Below are positions 33,818 to 43,789 of a DNA stretch of 64,000 bases, one piece after another. The notes under the pieces are model-generated. The model saw only the letters and a program-made list of their open reading frames with translations, had not been told where the DNA came from and searched no databases. The position numbers and the translations under genes were made by a program. Positions within the stretch are counted from its first letter, which is position 1. Each line of letters starts with the position of its first letter. Origin of the DNA: an uncultured Bacillales bacterium (lineage in GTDB: Bacteria > Bacillota_I > Bacilli_A > RFN20 > CAG-288). Location of the stretch: assembly GCA_937874465.1 (NCBI GenBank), contig CALNAX010000016.1:93177-157176 (forward strand), read 5' to 3'.

Positions 33818-35797
33818 ATGGTCCTTGCCGTCTTCTTGGCCTTGGTGGTAGGCTCCCTGGCCTCTATTTCGCCCTGGCTGTCCGTGTTGGGATTGATGCC
33901 GGTGCTAGCCGCATACTTGAAGGGCAAGGCGAAAGGCGCCTTAATGGCACTCCTTTCCCTGGGGCTGTTCTATGGCCTTTGCCTTATCTATCCCAAAGGT
34001 GCGACAGGGGAGGTGTCCGTCATCGGCCTGGTAGTGAAGCCCTCCTCCAGCTATTGCCTTCTTTGGACCCTCGATGGGACCTACTATGTACCGACGGACA
34101 CCCCGCCTTCTTTCCTGTCCTTGCTCAGGGTCGAGGGAGAGGCAAAAGCCTTGTCTTTCGCCCATTTCGAAGGCTCGTTCGACTTCGAATCATACCTGGA
34201 AAGACGAGGGGTGTTCAAGGCCCTGGATGTCTATCGAAGCGAATACCTCTTCAACACCCATCTGAATTTGGTAGGCTACCGGTCCTGGTGCCTTTCTCAT
34301 GTCGAGGGCGATGGCAGGGCCTTGGCCTCTTCGTTTCTTTTCGGTACCGGAAGTTCTGGCCTTTCCAACGCGGAGGAGCTGTTCGGTTCGGGCCTTGGGA
34401 TTTTCCTTTCGGGTGCTGGCCTGCATCTATCCTTCCTGGCCAAGGGCCTCAAAGGCCTATTTGCGAGAACGGGCCAGGGGAGGGCCTTGCCGTTTGTCAG
34501 CCTGGCCATTACGGGGACCTTCTACATAATTTCCGGCTTTTCCCAGACATTCCAACGGCTCTTGATCGTCTCTTTGGCCTATTTGCTGTTAGAAGGGAAG
34601 GGTTTGGGATCCAAGGAAATATATTTTTGCGCAGGTTCCCTGTTTCTCTTGCTGAACCCTTTCATCGTTACCGATGGTTCCTTCTATGTCCCTTTCGGCT
34701 TGGCCTTCGTGTCATTTGCCTTTTCGGGTTTCGTGGCCAAATTCGACCGCTTCTGGCGCACGATTCTGCGCAATGGGACCAGGTTTGCCTTCCTTGTCCC
34801 GATAGCGTTGGCCCAAAGAGGCTCGCTCTCTTTAGGCAACACCCTGGGCCAGCTGTTCATGATTCCCCTGTCGGGTGGGGTGTTCGTGCTGCTGATCCCG
34901 ATCTTGCTTATCCCCTGGTGGGGGAAGGTGGCGTCCTATCCGGCCTTGGGCTATCTGGGTCTTTTGAATCTTCTCGAGACGATCCCGGGTCTTGGCTATG
35001 GCGGGGTATCGATCCTCTTTTTGGCCCTATGGTACCTGTTGCTTCTGTCGCTTAGCGTATTCTTGGCGTTGAACCTGAGGCGAAAGGGCTTGTTTCTCGC
35101 CGTGGGCTTCTTGGCGTTGCTGGCCCTGGAGCCATTGGGGTCTTTGGCTTTTAACGATAGCGTCCATTTCATCGACGTCGGCCAAGGCGATGCGACCCTG
35201 GTGCGGAAAGGAGACACCAATGTGTTGATCGACACCGGCGGCAGCAAATACGACGACTTGGCAACCGCCTGCCTCATACCGTATTTCAGGAAACTGCGGA
35301 TAAGGAAGCTGGATGCCGTGCTCATCACCCACACCGACTTTGACCACTTTGGGGCGCTGGCTTCGCTCCAAAGCAATTTCCCAATAGAAAAGGTAATCCT
35401 GGGAAGCGAAACCTTTGGCCCCTTTGCCGTCGGCGACATCGCTTTCGAAGACCTTAACGACAATGATGACGACCCCTCCGACAATGCCTGCTCGGGAGTG
35501 TATCGGTTCAACGTGAAGGGTCTAGATTTCTTGGTGATGGGCGATGCCGGAATCGAGCAGGAAGAAGAAATCCTGGGGCGTAATCCTTCCCTGGAGGCCG
35601 ATGTGATCCGGCTGGGCCATCATGGCTCCAAGACTTCGTCCGGCTTCTCCTTCCTTCAGTCCGTTAGGCCCGGATTGGCCGTCATCTCAGTCGGCCGTAA
35701 CAGCTATGGCCATCCCACCGACGAGGTCCTGGAAAGGCTTGAGAGACTCGGGATCGACTATTGGCGCACCGACCTTGATGGCACCCTTGTTCTTTGA
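33818..35797 (+). CDS. comEC: DNA internalisation competence protein ComEC/Rec2 (competence membrane domain plus metallo-beta-lactamase domain)
   Basis: Polytopic N-terminal domain. The C-terminal MBL domain has HFIDVGQGDATLV...HTDFDHFG...HHGSKTS. The start overlaps the comEA stop. Confidence 0.85.
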   Translation: MVLAVFLALVVGSLASISPWLSVLGLMPVLAAYLKGKAKGALMALLSLGLFYGLCLIYPKGATGEVSVIGLVVKPSSSYCLLWTLDGTYYVPTDTPPSFLSLLRVEGEAKALSFAHFEGSFDFESYLERRGVFKALDVYRSEYLFNTHLNLVGYRSWCLSHVEGDGRALASSFLFGTGSSGLSNAEELFGSGLGIFLSGAGLHLSFLAKGLKGLFARTGQGRALPFVSLAITGTFYIISGFSQTFQRLLIVSLAYLLLEGKGLGSKEIYFCAGSLFLLLNPFIVTDGSFYVPFGLAFVSFAFSGFVAKFDRFWRTILRNGTRFAFLVPIALAQRGSLSLGNTLGQLFMIPLSGGVFVLLIPILLIPWWGKVASYPALGYLGLLNLLETIPGLGYGGVSILFLALWYLLLLSLSVFLALNLRRKGLFLAVGFLALLALEPLGSLAFNDSVHFIDVGQGDATLVRKGDTNVLIDTGGSKYDDLATACLIPYFRKLRIRKLDAVLITHTDFDHFGALASLQSNFPIEKVILGSETFGPFAVGDIAFEDLNDNDDDPSDNACSGVYRFNVKGLDFLVMGDAGIEQEEEILGRNPSLEADVIRLGHHGSKTSSGFSFLQSVRPGLAVISVGRNSYGHPTDEVLERLERLGIDYWRTDLDGTLVL

Positions 35798-35840
35798 AGG
35801 TGAAGGTGATGGTAGAATCAAGGCCAATGGAGGCAGGCAA

Positions 35841-36632
35841 ATGGCTTTGGATCTCTTGCTTTTGGAAATAGGGAACACCAACATCCATGTTCTTTGGTCC
35901 AGTCAGGGGTCGGTCGAACAGGTGCTGTCGATACCGGGAGACAATGCCGCCTCGGCGCACATTTCCTCCTTCCTGGAGGAAGTCGGGGCCAAGGGCAGCG
36001 GGGCAAGGGTCCTGGTCTCCTCGGTAAACGAGGCGTTGCTGTCCCAGGCCTTGGCGGGTATTTCCGAAGCGGGTCTTGGAAAGGCCGAGTTGCTAACCCC
36101 GGCCGTGATGGCCCGAAGGTCTGCCGAATTGGGCCTGGATGTTCCCAACTACCATTTCCTCGGCGGGGATCTGTTCTGCGATCTTTTGGGGCCCAGGCGG
36201 AATGGCATGATAGTTATCGATGCCGGGACCGCCATCAAGGCCGTGGCCTTGGACAAAAGCGGCCATTTCCTCGGCGGTGCCATTGCGCCAGGGCAGGAAA
36301 TGATGCGCGTGAGTCTTAATTCCGGGACCAGTCATGCCAAGTCCGACGAACTGTTCTTCCCTCGCGAACTCCTTTCCTTGTCTACGGAAGGGGCCATCTC
36401 TTCCGGGATAGTCTTCGGCGCGGCCGCCTGGGTCAAGGGCTTAGTCGAGGCCATCCAGGCCAAATACGGCCTTTACGGAATGCCTGTCTTCTTGACCGGC
36501 GGGGATTGCCAAACCGTCGAGAAGGGCCTGGCCGAGGTGGGGCCGCTGGACTTCATCCTCGACCCACAGCTGACTTTGAAAGGCCTTGCTTGGGCCTTCG
36601 GACTGGAACTTTCCTTTCCGGAAAGCCGGTAG
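35841..36632 (+). CDS. coaX: type III pantothenate kinase (CoaX/Baf)
   Basis: MALDLLLLEIGNTNIHV, and later GMIVIDAGTAIK and VFLTGGD (ASKHA fold). The track's 35622 start is an in-frame extension overlapping comEC. Confidence 0.7.
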   Translation: MALDLLLLEIGNTNIHVLWSSQGSVEQVLSIPGDNAASAHISSFLEEVGAKGSGARVLVSSVNEALLSQALAGISEAGLGKAELLTPAVMARRSAELGLDVPNYHFLGGDLFCDLLGPRRNGMIVIDAGTAIKAVALDKSGHFLGGAIAPGQEMMRVSLNSGTSHAKSDELFFPRELLSLSTEGAISSGIVFGAAAWVKGLVEAIQAKYGLYGMPVFLTGGDCQTVEKGLAEVGPLDFILDPQLTLKGLAWAFGLELSFPESR

Positions 36633-36701
36633 AGAATCGTCAAAGGTCCCAAGTAGGTTAGAATAGTGGAAAGAAACTCATGATTTCCGGGAGGAGAGAA
36701 A

Positions 36702-38129
36702 ATGATCAGTGACAAATGCGATTATCGTGCCAAGGACACCAAATGGTCCGAGTTGGCGAAGCCCTATTACGCCGAGGCCTTGGAGAATTACGAGAAATAC
36801 ATAGCCACTCCCTCCTACAACGACCCCAAGACTGCCACCAAAGAGCATCCATTCGGCCAATATGTCGAGAATGCCTTGGCCTTCACGGCCGAACTGGGGA
36901 AGAGACTGGGCTTCAAGGTCGATAGGTGCGACAACTATTGCACCGAGCTTTCCTATGGGGAAGGCCCCTTGATCGATGTCTATGCCCATTCCGATACCGT
37001 GCCGGTGGTTTTGAAGAATTGGAATACCGATCCCTTCAAGCCGACCATCGTCGGCGACCGCATCATCGGCAGGGGCGCTAGCGATGACAAAGGCCCGGGG
37101 TTGGCTTGCCTTTACGGGGTAAAGGCCTTGAAGGACCATGGGCTCATCGATGGTTACAGGGTGCGGTTCGTCTTTGGGGGCAACGAGGAGCTTGACGAAC
37201 GCTGCCTGGAACATTATTTCCATGTCCTGAAGAAGGGCTACCCAACTTATGGCATCAGTCCCGATGCCGACTTTCCCCTTATTTATGCGGAAAAGGCCTT
37301 GTGCAACTACGATGCGACCTACAACGTGGACTTGGGCCCCGCGCCTTTCCGCTGGGGCACGGTCCTGAACCTTGTCTGCGAGGATGCCGAATATGATTTC
37401 AAGAACCTTCCAGCCCATCTTCCCTTCGACAAGGTGAAGGCGGTGGTAGACAACTATTTGGCCGATCATCCTGAGATCAAGGGCACCTGGAACGGCACCC
37501 TGCTCCATGTCAAGGGCAAGGGATACCATGGCTCCATGCCCTGGAATGGCGTCAATGCCGGCCTTTACATGATCAACATCCTGGGCAAGGTGATCGGTCT
37601 TCAGCGGCTCCATGAGGTCTATGAGGACTACAAGACCGGGGACGGGCAACCCTTCGGCGGCAACTACAAGTCCAAGGCCTTCGACCGTTCGTCTTATTGC
37701 GTGGGAATGTTCTCCTATACTTCCGGAAAGCTGGTGCTTCACGTCAACATGCGTCTACCCGAGGATGCCGACATAGACGAGGCTGCCCAGAATGTCAGGG
37801 AGCGGACCTACGTCGACAAGCTCAAGGTGACTTCCAAGACCCCGGCCCTTTACGTCGATCCCAAGAGCGCCTTCATCAAGACCCTGATGGGCGTCTATCA
37901 GGAGGAGACCGGCGACACCAAGAGCAAACCCGAGGCCATAGGCGGTGGTACCTATGCCAAGGAGAGTCAGAACACCGTGGGCTTCGGCGGCTGCTTCCCT
38001 GGCCGCGACTTCGGCATGCACGAAGACAATGAGTGGTTCTACATCCCGGACTTCTATGCCGACATCGGCATCTTTGCCCATGCCGTCTATGCTTTGGGCC
38101 AACTGGCCAAGAAGGAAGCCAAGAAATAG
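36702..38129 (+). CDS. M20A dipeptidase (PepV / Sapep-like)
   Basis: HSDTVPV...DPF...GRGASDDKGPGLACLYGVKAL...GGNEELD metal-binding motifs. Confidence 0.8.
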   Translation: MISDKCDYRAKDTKWSELAKPYYAEALENYEKYIATPSYNDPKTATKEHPFGQYVENALAFTAELGKRLGFKVDRCDNYCTELSYGEGPLIDVYAHSDTVPVVLKNWNTDPFKPTIVGDRIIGRGASDDKGPGLACLYGVKALKDHGLIDGYRVRFVFGGNEELDERCLEHYFHVLKKGYPTYGISPDADFPLIYAEKALCNYDATYNVDLGPAPFRWGTVLNLVCEDAEYDFKNLPAHLPFDKVKAVVDNYLADHPEIKGTWNGTLLHVKGKGYHGSMPWNGVNAGLYMINILGKVIGLQRLHEVYEDYKTGDGQPFGGNYKSKAFDRSSYCVGMFSYTSGKLVLHVNMRLPEDADIDEAAQNVRERTYVDKLKVTSKTPALYVDPKSAFIKTLMGVYQEETGDTKSKPEAIGGGTYAKESQNTVGFGGCFPGRDFGMHEDNEWFYIPDFYADIGIFAHAVYALGQLAKKEAKK

Positions 38130-38138
38130 GCCCGGGCA

Positions 38139-38765
38139 ATGCGTCTCCGTCACAAGAAATGGGCGCCGGCTATTATCGCCCGCCATCCGGACACGGCTTT
38201 GGGTCCCGAAGCGCTTGAGAAGGGCCTCCCGCTTTTCGATTGCCTTGAGATAGGATCTGGCCGAGGCCGTTTCCTTTTGGAAAAGGCCAAGGCCAATCCC
38301 ACCCTTCGCTTCTTGGGGATCGAGATTAACTACAATGCCTTCTCCATCGCCATCAAGAAATCGGAGGATACCTCCTATCTGCCTACCATGAAAAACTATG
38401 CCTTCCTGAACGTCCCCTTCGCCAAGGCCCTGCCCTTGATGGCCAAGGGATCCGTCAGGGAAATCTATTTGAATTTCCCCGATCCCTGGCCCAAGAAGCG
38501 GCAGTTCAAGAGGCGCTTGACCTTTCCGTCCCGCCTGGCCGAGTACTATGGTTTGCTTAAGAAGGGCGGGAAGGTGTTTTTCAAGACCGACAACAAGGAC
38601 CTGTTTTCGGCCTCCGAGCAATATTTTGCCCAGTTTGGCGGATTCGCTATAGAATTCTCGGGCATCTATGAGGCTGATGACCCGTCGGATGTGATGACCG
38701 AGTTCGAGGCAAAGTTCCGCGGCTTGGGCCAGCCCATCTACCGGATCGTGGCCAGAAAGGAGTGA
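38139..38765 (+). CDS. trmB: tRNA (guanine46-N7)-methyltransferase
   Basis: LEIGSGRGRFLLEKA...LGIEI...LNFPDPWPKKRQ TrmB motifs. Confidence 0.85.
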   Translation: MRLRHKKWAPAIIARHPDTALGPEALEKGLPLFDCLEIGSGRGRFLLEKAKANPTLRFLGIEINYNAFSIAIKKSEDTSYLPTMKNYAFLNVPFAKALPLMAKGSVREIYLNFPDPWPKKRQFKRRLTFPSRLAEYYGLLKKGGKVFFKTDNKDLFSASEQYFAQFGGFAIEFSGIYEADDPSDVMTEFEAKFRGLGQPIYRIVARKE

Positions 38766-39889
38766 AGATGAGCATCGCTTCGGACGTGCCGGAAATAAGG
38801 CTCAAGGAAGATGGAGAACTGCCCCGCCTAACCAACAGGACCTTCAAGCTGGATCCCCGTTTCGGGACCGGCTACTATTCGGCAAACTATTTCTTGAAGA
38901 CCCGCAGGATCGTCGAGGAAAACCTGGCCGGGAACATCACGACCTTGCAGTTCTTCCAGCGTGAGGACGACGTGATGGTCTGCGGGCTTGACGAGGTTAT
39001 TGCCCTGGTAAAGCTCTTCGCCAGGAATCCCAAGGGACTTAAGGTCTTGGCCCTAAACGACGGAGACGTCGTGAAGGCCGGCGAACCGGTGCTTAAGATC
39101 ACCGGCAAGTACGAGGACTTCGGCTATCTCGAATCGGCCATCGACGGGATTCTCTCGCGTCGCTCCTCGGTCGCTACCAATGCCATGAGGGTCTTGAGGG
39201 TCACCAACGGCAAGCCCGTCTTGAACATGGGCGACAGGCAGGATGACCCCTATACCCAGGCCGGGGATGGGTATGCCTCATATGTGGCCGGGATGAGGCT
39301 GTTCTCCACCGATGCCCAAGGCGCCTGGGTCGGAATCAAAGGCGGAGGCACCATGCCCCATGCCCTTATCGAGCTTTGCGATGGCGATGTCTGCAAGGCC
39401 GGCGACCTCTTCTACAAGACTTACCCCGATAAACCCATAACCGCCTTGATCGACTACAACGACGACGTGGTCAGGGATGCGGTGATCTTGGCCAAGCACA
39501 TGGGAACCAAGCTGGGCTGCGTAAGGGTCGATACCTCCCTGGCCTTGATCGACCATTATTTCGACGACAAGATGGACCAATTCCCCAACCAGGATCTCCA
39601 TGGGGTGGTGGTGCCTCAGATCAAGGCCTTGCGCAAGGCCCTAGATGACAATGGCTTCCCCTTCGTCAAGATCTGCGTCTCTTCCAGCTTCAATCCGGAA
39701 AGGATTGCCAGATTCGAACGCGAGGATGCCCCCGTGGACATCTATGGCGTAGGCACTTACCTGGTCAAGAACCATGTCGGCTATACCGGCGACTTGGTCC
39801 GTCTCAATGGCAAGCCGCAGGCCAAGGAAGGCCGTAGCGATGTCCCCAATCCCCGCCTTAGGCCCGTGGATATGAGGATGCCTGGCTAG
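38762..39889 (+). CDS. nicotinate phosphoribosyltransferase family protein (archaeal/short-type NAPRTase)
   Basis: Type II PRTase fold: TDAQGAWVGIKGGGTMPHALIEL...VRVDTS...ICVSSSFNPERI. 4-nt overlap with trmB. Confidence 0.65.
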   Translation: MKMSIASDVPEIRLKEDGELPRLTNRTFKLDPRFGTGYYSANYFLKTRRIVEENLAGNITTLQFFQREDDVMVCGLDEVIALVKLFARNPKGLKVLALNDGDVVKAGEPVLKITGKYEDFGYLESAIDGILSRRSSVATNAMRVLRVTNGKPVLNMGDRQDDPYTQAGDGYASYVAGMRLFSTDAQGAWVGIKGGGTMPHALIELCDGDVCKAGDLFYKTYPDKPITALIDYNDDVVRDAVILAKHMGTKLGCVRVDTSLALIDHYFDDKMDQFPNQDLHGVVVPQIKALRKALDDNGFPFVKICVSSSFNPERIARFEREDAPVDIYGVGTYLVKNHVGYTGDLVRLNGKPQAKEGRSDVPNPRLRPVDMRMPG

Positions 39890-39917
39890 GTGGCTTTGGG
39901 TTGTTGCCTGTTTAGCC

Positions 39918-39942
39918 AAGAGGGGCCGAGGCCCCTCTTTCA
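39918..39942 (+). terminator. weak terminator-like hairpin after the NAPRTase gene
   Basis: AAGAGGGGC-cgag-GCCCCTCTT 9-bp stem, then CTTT (short T-run). Confidence 0.4.
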
Positions 39943-39961
39943 GTGCTTTGGCAGATTGCTG

Positions 39962-39989
39962 TTGACTTTGCCAAGTGACTTACTATAAT
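39962..39989 (+). promoter_or_regulatory. sigma-A-type promoter of the hrcA operon (TTGACT-N16-TATAAT)
   Basis: -35 TTGACT at 39962..39967 and -10 TATAAT at 39984..39989, directly upstream of the CIRCE. Confidence 0.6.
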
Positions 39990-39993
39990 CGTC

Positions 39994-40020
39994 TTAGCAC
40001 TCCGAAGAAAAGAGTGCCAG
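39994..40020 (+). promoter_or_regulatory. CIRCE operator (HrcA binding site), slightly degenerate right arm
   Basis: TTAGCACTC-cgaagaaaa-GAGTGCcAg versus the consensus TTAGCACTC-N9-GAGTGCTAA. It lies 16 nt before the hrcA ATG. Confidence 0.8.
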
Positions 40021-40035
40021 GACAAGGAGGGCACG

Positions 40036-41124
40036 ATGAACAGCCAGCAGCGCAAGGACATGATCCTCAAGTACATCGTGGAAGATTTCATCGCCACCGC
40101 CGAACCGGTGGGAAGCAATGCGCTACTCGGCAAGCATCGGCTCGATATGTCTTCCGCGACCATAAGGAACGTCATGGCCGGACTCGAGAAGGATGGGTTG
40201 ATCGAGAAGACCCATACCTCCTCCGGTCGGGTGCCCTCCACCGCCGGCTATCGCTACTATGTCGAGAAGCTGGGCAGCGGCGAGAGCTTGAAGCGCAATG
40301 TGGCCGAAGGATTCGAGAAGGAGTTTGCCTTGGTCTTCAAGTCCAAGACCCAATCCGTCGAGGACACCATCCAGAAGGCCTGCGAGGTCTTGAGCCAGGT
40401 GACTAGTCTCGCCATCGTGGTCTTGGGAAACGAGGCCAGGAACGAGACCTTGGTCTCGGTGAGCATGATCCCGCTTTCGCCCGTGGCGGCAACGGTCATC
40501 TTGGTGACGGATCGGGGCAGCGTCGAGAACAAGACGTTCCCGATGCCCAAGGGCGTTGACATCAAGGCCGTAACCTATGGCGTGAAGCTTTTGAACGACA
40601 GGTTGGCCGGAACCAAGATCAGCGATTTGGAGTCCAAGACCCGGGCTTTGGAGCCTATACTCAAAAGCCAGGTTGGACGGGATTCCAAGATCGTCGTCGA
40701 GGCCTTCGTCGATGCCTTCCTCAGTTTCGCCAAGAAGCGCTACAAGGCGTATGGCACTACCAATCTATTGGGGCTACCGGAGTTCTCCGATGAGGAGGCG
40801 TTCCGCAAGGCCGTGAGCTATCTTGGCGAGGGCCTCGATCCCGAAAGCGCGGATACGGTCAAGGCCCAAGTCGGTCCGGGGACCAACGTGTCCCTTAGCG
40901 ACAGGGCCGATGTGGCCGTCGTCTCCCAAAGCTTCAACCTCCCCGGTCTTCCGGCCGGGGACATCGCCGTGGTCGGGCCCCGGCGGATGGATTACAAGAA
41001 AGTGATCCTGCTGCTTAGAGGTTTGGCCAAGACGCTGGCTGATTACTATGAGAGCACCGGCGAGACGCCGCCGAAGGTTGTTTCCAAAAAGGATGACGAC
41101 AAGAAAGGGGGCAATGAAGGTTGA
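40036..41124 (+). CDS. hrcA: heat-inducible transcription repressor HrcA
   Basis: N-terminal winged helix ILKYIVEDFIATAEPVGSNAL. First gene of hrcA-grpE-dnaK-dnaJ. Confidence 0.9.
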   Translation: MNSQQRKDMILKYIVEDFIATAEPVGSNALLGKHRLDMSSATIRNVMAGLEKDGLIEKTHTSSGRVPSTAGYRYYVEKLGSGESLKRNVAEGFEKEFALVFKSKTQSVEDTIQKACEVLSQVTSLAIVVLGNEARNETLVSVSMIPLSPVAATVILVTDRGSVENKTFPMPKGVDIKAVTYGVKLLNDRLAGTKISDLESKTRALEPILKSQVGRDSKIVVEAFVDAFLSFAKKRYKAYGTTNLLGLPEFSDEEAFRKAVSYLGEGLDPESADTVKAQVGPGTNVSLSDRADVAVVSQSFNLPGLPAGDIAVVGPRRMDYKKVILLLRGLAKTLADYYESTGETPPKVVSKKDDDKKGGNEG

Positions 41125-41846
41125 TGGCTAATAACGATAAGGACGACAAGAAGGTGGACGAGAGCCCCAAGGCCCCCCGGGGAAAAGGGGAGGAGAAGGT
41201 GGCGTCACCTGACGCGAAAAAGGCCGCCGAGCCCAGCCAGGAAGACGCCCTGAGTCGGGAAGAGAGAAACGAAGAACTATTGAAGGCGCAGCTGAAGCAA
41301 GCCCAGGACGAGAAGGAGCAGTGGATGAACAAGTACTACACCGAGCTCGCCGATGTCCAAAACCTCAGGAAGGACATTCAGCGCGACAACGAAGTATTGC
41401 TGAAGTATCGCGCGGAGCCTTTCGTGGAGCGGTTGATCCCCTTCTTCAATTCGTTCGACATGGCTTTCCGTTCCGAGCCCAAGGATGACGCGGCCAAGGG
41501 CTGGGTAAGCGGCATGCACATGATCTACAAGCAGCTTATGTCTGCCCTGGCTGAGGAGGGCGTGACCGTGATCGATCCCAAAGCAGGCGAAAGGTTCGAT
41601 CCCCATACCATGGAGTCGGTCCAGGGGTTCGAGGATGACAAGCCCGATCTGGTCCATGCGGTCTTGATGAAGGGCTACATGCTCAAGGATCGGGTCTTGG
41701 CTCCGGCCAGCGTCGTGGTCACCATCCCCAAAAAGCCCGTGCTTCAGCCCCAGGAAGGGGCCGCGGCCGAGGACAAGGGCCTTGGTGGCAAGACTGCCGG
41801 CAAGGCCCAGGCCGATGGCGATGCGAACAAGGATGAAAAGAAATAG
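41121..41846 (+). CDS. grpE: nucleotide exchange factor GrpE
   Basis: Coiled-coil ELLKAQLKQAQDEKEQWMNKYYTELADVQNLRKDIQRD, and the GrpE C-terminal beta domain. Has a K/D-rich N-terminus and a C-terminal tail. Confidence 0.85.
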   Translation: MMANNDKDDKKVDESPKAPRGKGEEKVASPDAKKAAEPSQEDALSREERNEELLKAQLKQAQDEKEQWMNKYYTELADVQNLRKDIQRDNEVLLKYRAEPFVERLIPFFNSFDMAFRSEPKDDAAKGWVSGMHMIYKQLMSALAEEGVTVIDPKAGERFDPHTMESVQGFEDDKPDLVHAVLMKGYMLKDRVLAPASVVVTIPKKPVLQPQEGAAAEDKGLGGKTAGKAQADGDANKDEKK

Positions 41847-41867
41847 GAATCTGGAGGAAACAAATAT

Positions 41868-43718
41868 ATGGCAAACGAAGTGATTCTAGGTATAGATTTG
41901 GGAACGACCAACTCGGTCGTATCCTACATGCAAGACGATGGCACGGTAAAGGTCATCCCCACTCCCGAGGGACCGTTGACTTGTCCCTCGGTGGTCGCCT
42001 TCAAGGCTGACGGGGAGGAGATCGTCGGAAACGCCGCCAAGCGTCAGATGATAACCAACCCCGATTCGGTCTATTCGATCAAGCGTCATATGGGCGATCG
42101 TGCCTACAAGGTCCACATCAATTGCCTCAACAAGGACTTCACGCCCGAGGAGATCTCGGCCAAGATCCTCAGTTACATGAAGCAGTATGCCGAGGCCAAC
42201 ATCGGGCATCCGGTGAAGAAGGCCGTCATCACCTGCCCCGCCTACTTCGACGATGCTCAGCGCGAGGCGACCAAGAATGCCGGAACCATCGCTGGCTTGG
42301 ATGTGGTGCGCGTCTTTGCCGAGCCCACCGCTTCCGCTTTGGCCTATGGCTACTCCGACAAGAAGAAGGCCGGAAAGATAATGGTCTTCGATCTCGGCGG
42401 CGGCACTTTGGATGTCTCGCTTCTCGATATCGGCGATGGCACCTTCCAGGTCATCTCCACTTCCGGCGATACCCATCTGGGTGGCGATGACTGGGATAAG
42501 GCCATAATGGAGTGGATCCTTTCCGGCATCAAGGCGCAGTTCGGGCTCGACCTTCACGCCAACAAGATGGCCATGCAGCGTATAAAGGATGCCGCCGAGC
42601 AGGCCAAGATTGCCTTGACTGCCCAGGTCGATACCGAGATCACCTTGCCCTATCTTGCCCCCGGTAGCGATGGTCAGCCAGTCAACTACGATGAAAACCT
42701 TACGCGTGCCAAGTTCCAGGAGCTGACCAAGAGCCTCTTGGATCGTTGCCTTACCCCGATGGAGAAGGCCCTTTCCGACGCCCATCTGACCAAGGATCAG
42801 ATCGACGATGTCCTCTTGGTAGGTGGCTCGACTCGTATGCCAGCCGTGATCGACTTGGTAAAGAATTATATGGGCAAGGCCAGCCAGAGCCTCAACCCCG
42901 ATACCGCGGTCTCCGTCGGCGCAGCCATCAATGGCGGCGTCATCCGTGGAACCGTCAAGGACGTGGTCTTGCTGGATGTGACCCCTTTGACCTTGGGCAT
43001 CGAGACTTTGGGTGGCGTGATGACGCCGTTGATCACGCGCAACACCACCATACCCACCTCGAAGAGCCAGATATTCTCCACTGCGGCTGACAATCAGCCG
43101 GGCGTGGAGGTCATGGTCTTCCAGGGCGAACGTCCGATGGCTGCGGACAACAAGTTCCTCGGTCGCTTCACCTTGGATGGCATCCGTCCCGCGCCCCGTG
43201 GCGTACCTCGCATTCAGGTCACCTTTGCCTTGGACGTGAACGGCATCCTGACCGTCTCGGCCAAGGATCTCGACACCAACAAGGAACAGCACATAACCAT
43301 CTCCAATTCTTCCGGGCTTTCGCAGGAAGAGATCGACAAGATGGTCAGCGACGCCAAGGCCAACGAGGAAGCCGACAAGAAGCGCAAGCAGGATGCCGAT
43401 ACCAAGAACGAGGCCGAGACCCTCATCAACCAGATCGACGACCAGGTAAACAAGAACGGCAACAAGCTGACACCTGAGCAACGCGACTCGATAATGAAGA
43501 TCCGCAACGAGATCAAGGCCGATCTGGACAAGAACGACCTGGACAGCGTCAGGGCCAAGATCGCCCAGCTTCAGCAGGCCGCCTATCAGGCCAGCCAGGC
43601 TGCGGCGCAGGGTGGCGCCGCTCCCGGCGCCGCCGCATCCGGCAGCTCCGATTCGGCTAAGCCCGACAACGACACTCATGTCTACGATGCGACCAAAGAC
43701 GGCAAGAGCGGCAAGTAG
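41868..43718 (+). CDS. dnaK: molecular chaperone DnaK (Hsp70)
   Basis: [19 protein letters not shown] and [11 protein letters not shown] motifs. 616 aa. Confidence 0.95.
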   Translation: MANEVILGIDLGTTNSVVSYMQDDGTVKVIPTPEGPLTCPSVVAFKADGEEIVGNAAKRQMITNPDSVYSIKRHMGDRAYKVHINCLNKDFTPEEISAKILSYMKQYAEANIGHPVKKAVITCPAYFDDAQREATKNAGTIAGLDVVRVFAEPTASALAYGYSDKKKAGKIMVFDLGGGTLDVSLLDIGDGTFQVISTSGDTHLGGDDWDKAIMEWILSGIKAQFGLDLHANKMAMQRIKDAAEQAKIALTAQVDTEITLPYLAPGSDGQPVNYDENLTRAKFQELTKSLLDRCLTPMEKALSDAHLTKDQIDDVLLVGGSTRMPAVIDLVKNYMGKASQSLNPDTAVSVGAAINGGVIRGTVKDVVLLDVTPLTLGIETLGGVMTPLITRNTTIPTSKSQIFSTAADNQPGVEVMVFQGERPMAADNKFLGRFTLDGIRPAPRGVPRIQVTFALDVNGILTVSAKDLDTNKEQHITISNSSGLSQEEIDKMVSDAKANEEADKKRKQDADTKNEAETLINQIDDQVNKNGNKLTPEQRDSIMKIRNEIKADLDKNDLDSVRAKIAQLQQAAYQASQAAAQGGAAPGAAASGSSDSAKPDNDTHVYDATKDGKSGK

Positions 43719-43743
43719 GGCCAAAGTCGGCAATAAAGCTTTT

Positions 43744-43770
43744 GGAGGCCGGATGATCCCGGCCTCCTTT
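43744..43770 (+). other. perfect 9-bp GC-rich hairpin (GGAGGCCGG-atgatc-CCGGCCTCC) followed by TTTGG, in the dnaK-dnaJ spacer
   Basis: Inverted repeat read directly from the sequence. It resembles the partial terminator / processing stem seen between dnaK and dnaJ in many operons. Confidence 0.45.
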
Positions 43771-43789
43771 GGCGGAAAGGAGACAAGGT

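Noticed and set aside
33979-35055. 358-aa alternate-frame ORF on the same strand inside comEC
   Set aside because: Its translation is Arg/Pro/Gly-rich low complexity. The comEC frame carries the competence and MBL motifs.
35622-35840. 73-codon N-terminal extension of the coaX ORF overlapping the end of comEC
   Set aside because: The extension is Pro/Ser/Ala-rich and overlaps comEC in another frame. MALDLLLLEIGNT at 35841 matches the CoaX N-terminus and has a GGAGG RBS.
41886-43733. 615-aa ORF antisense to the whole of dnaK. Similar long antisense or alternate-frame ORFs overlie other genes: 43682..44926 over dnaJ, 44986..46392 over GH13-A, 36678..37742 and 37755..38621 over pepV/trmB, 23105..24079 over nupA, 21425..22303 over bmp, 56996..57802 over rnj, 61835..62854 over pstB, and others.
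   Set aside because: In GC-rich, codon-biased genes the antisense frame is depleted of stop codons (RNY periodicity). The sense genes all have unmistakable family motifs, and the shadow ORFs have low-complexity R/G/P/A-rich translations with no RBS. The dnaK antisense ORF is a well-known artefact.
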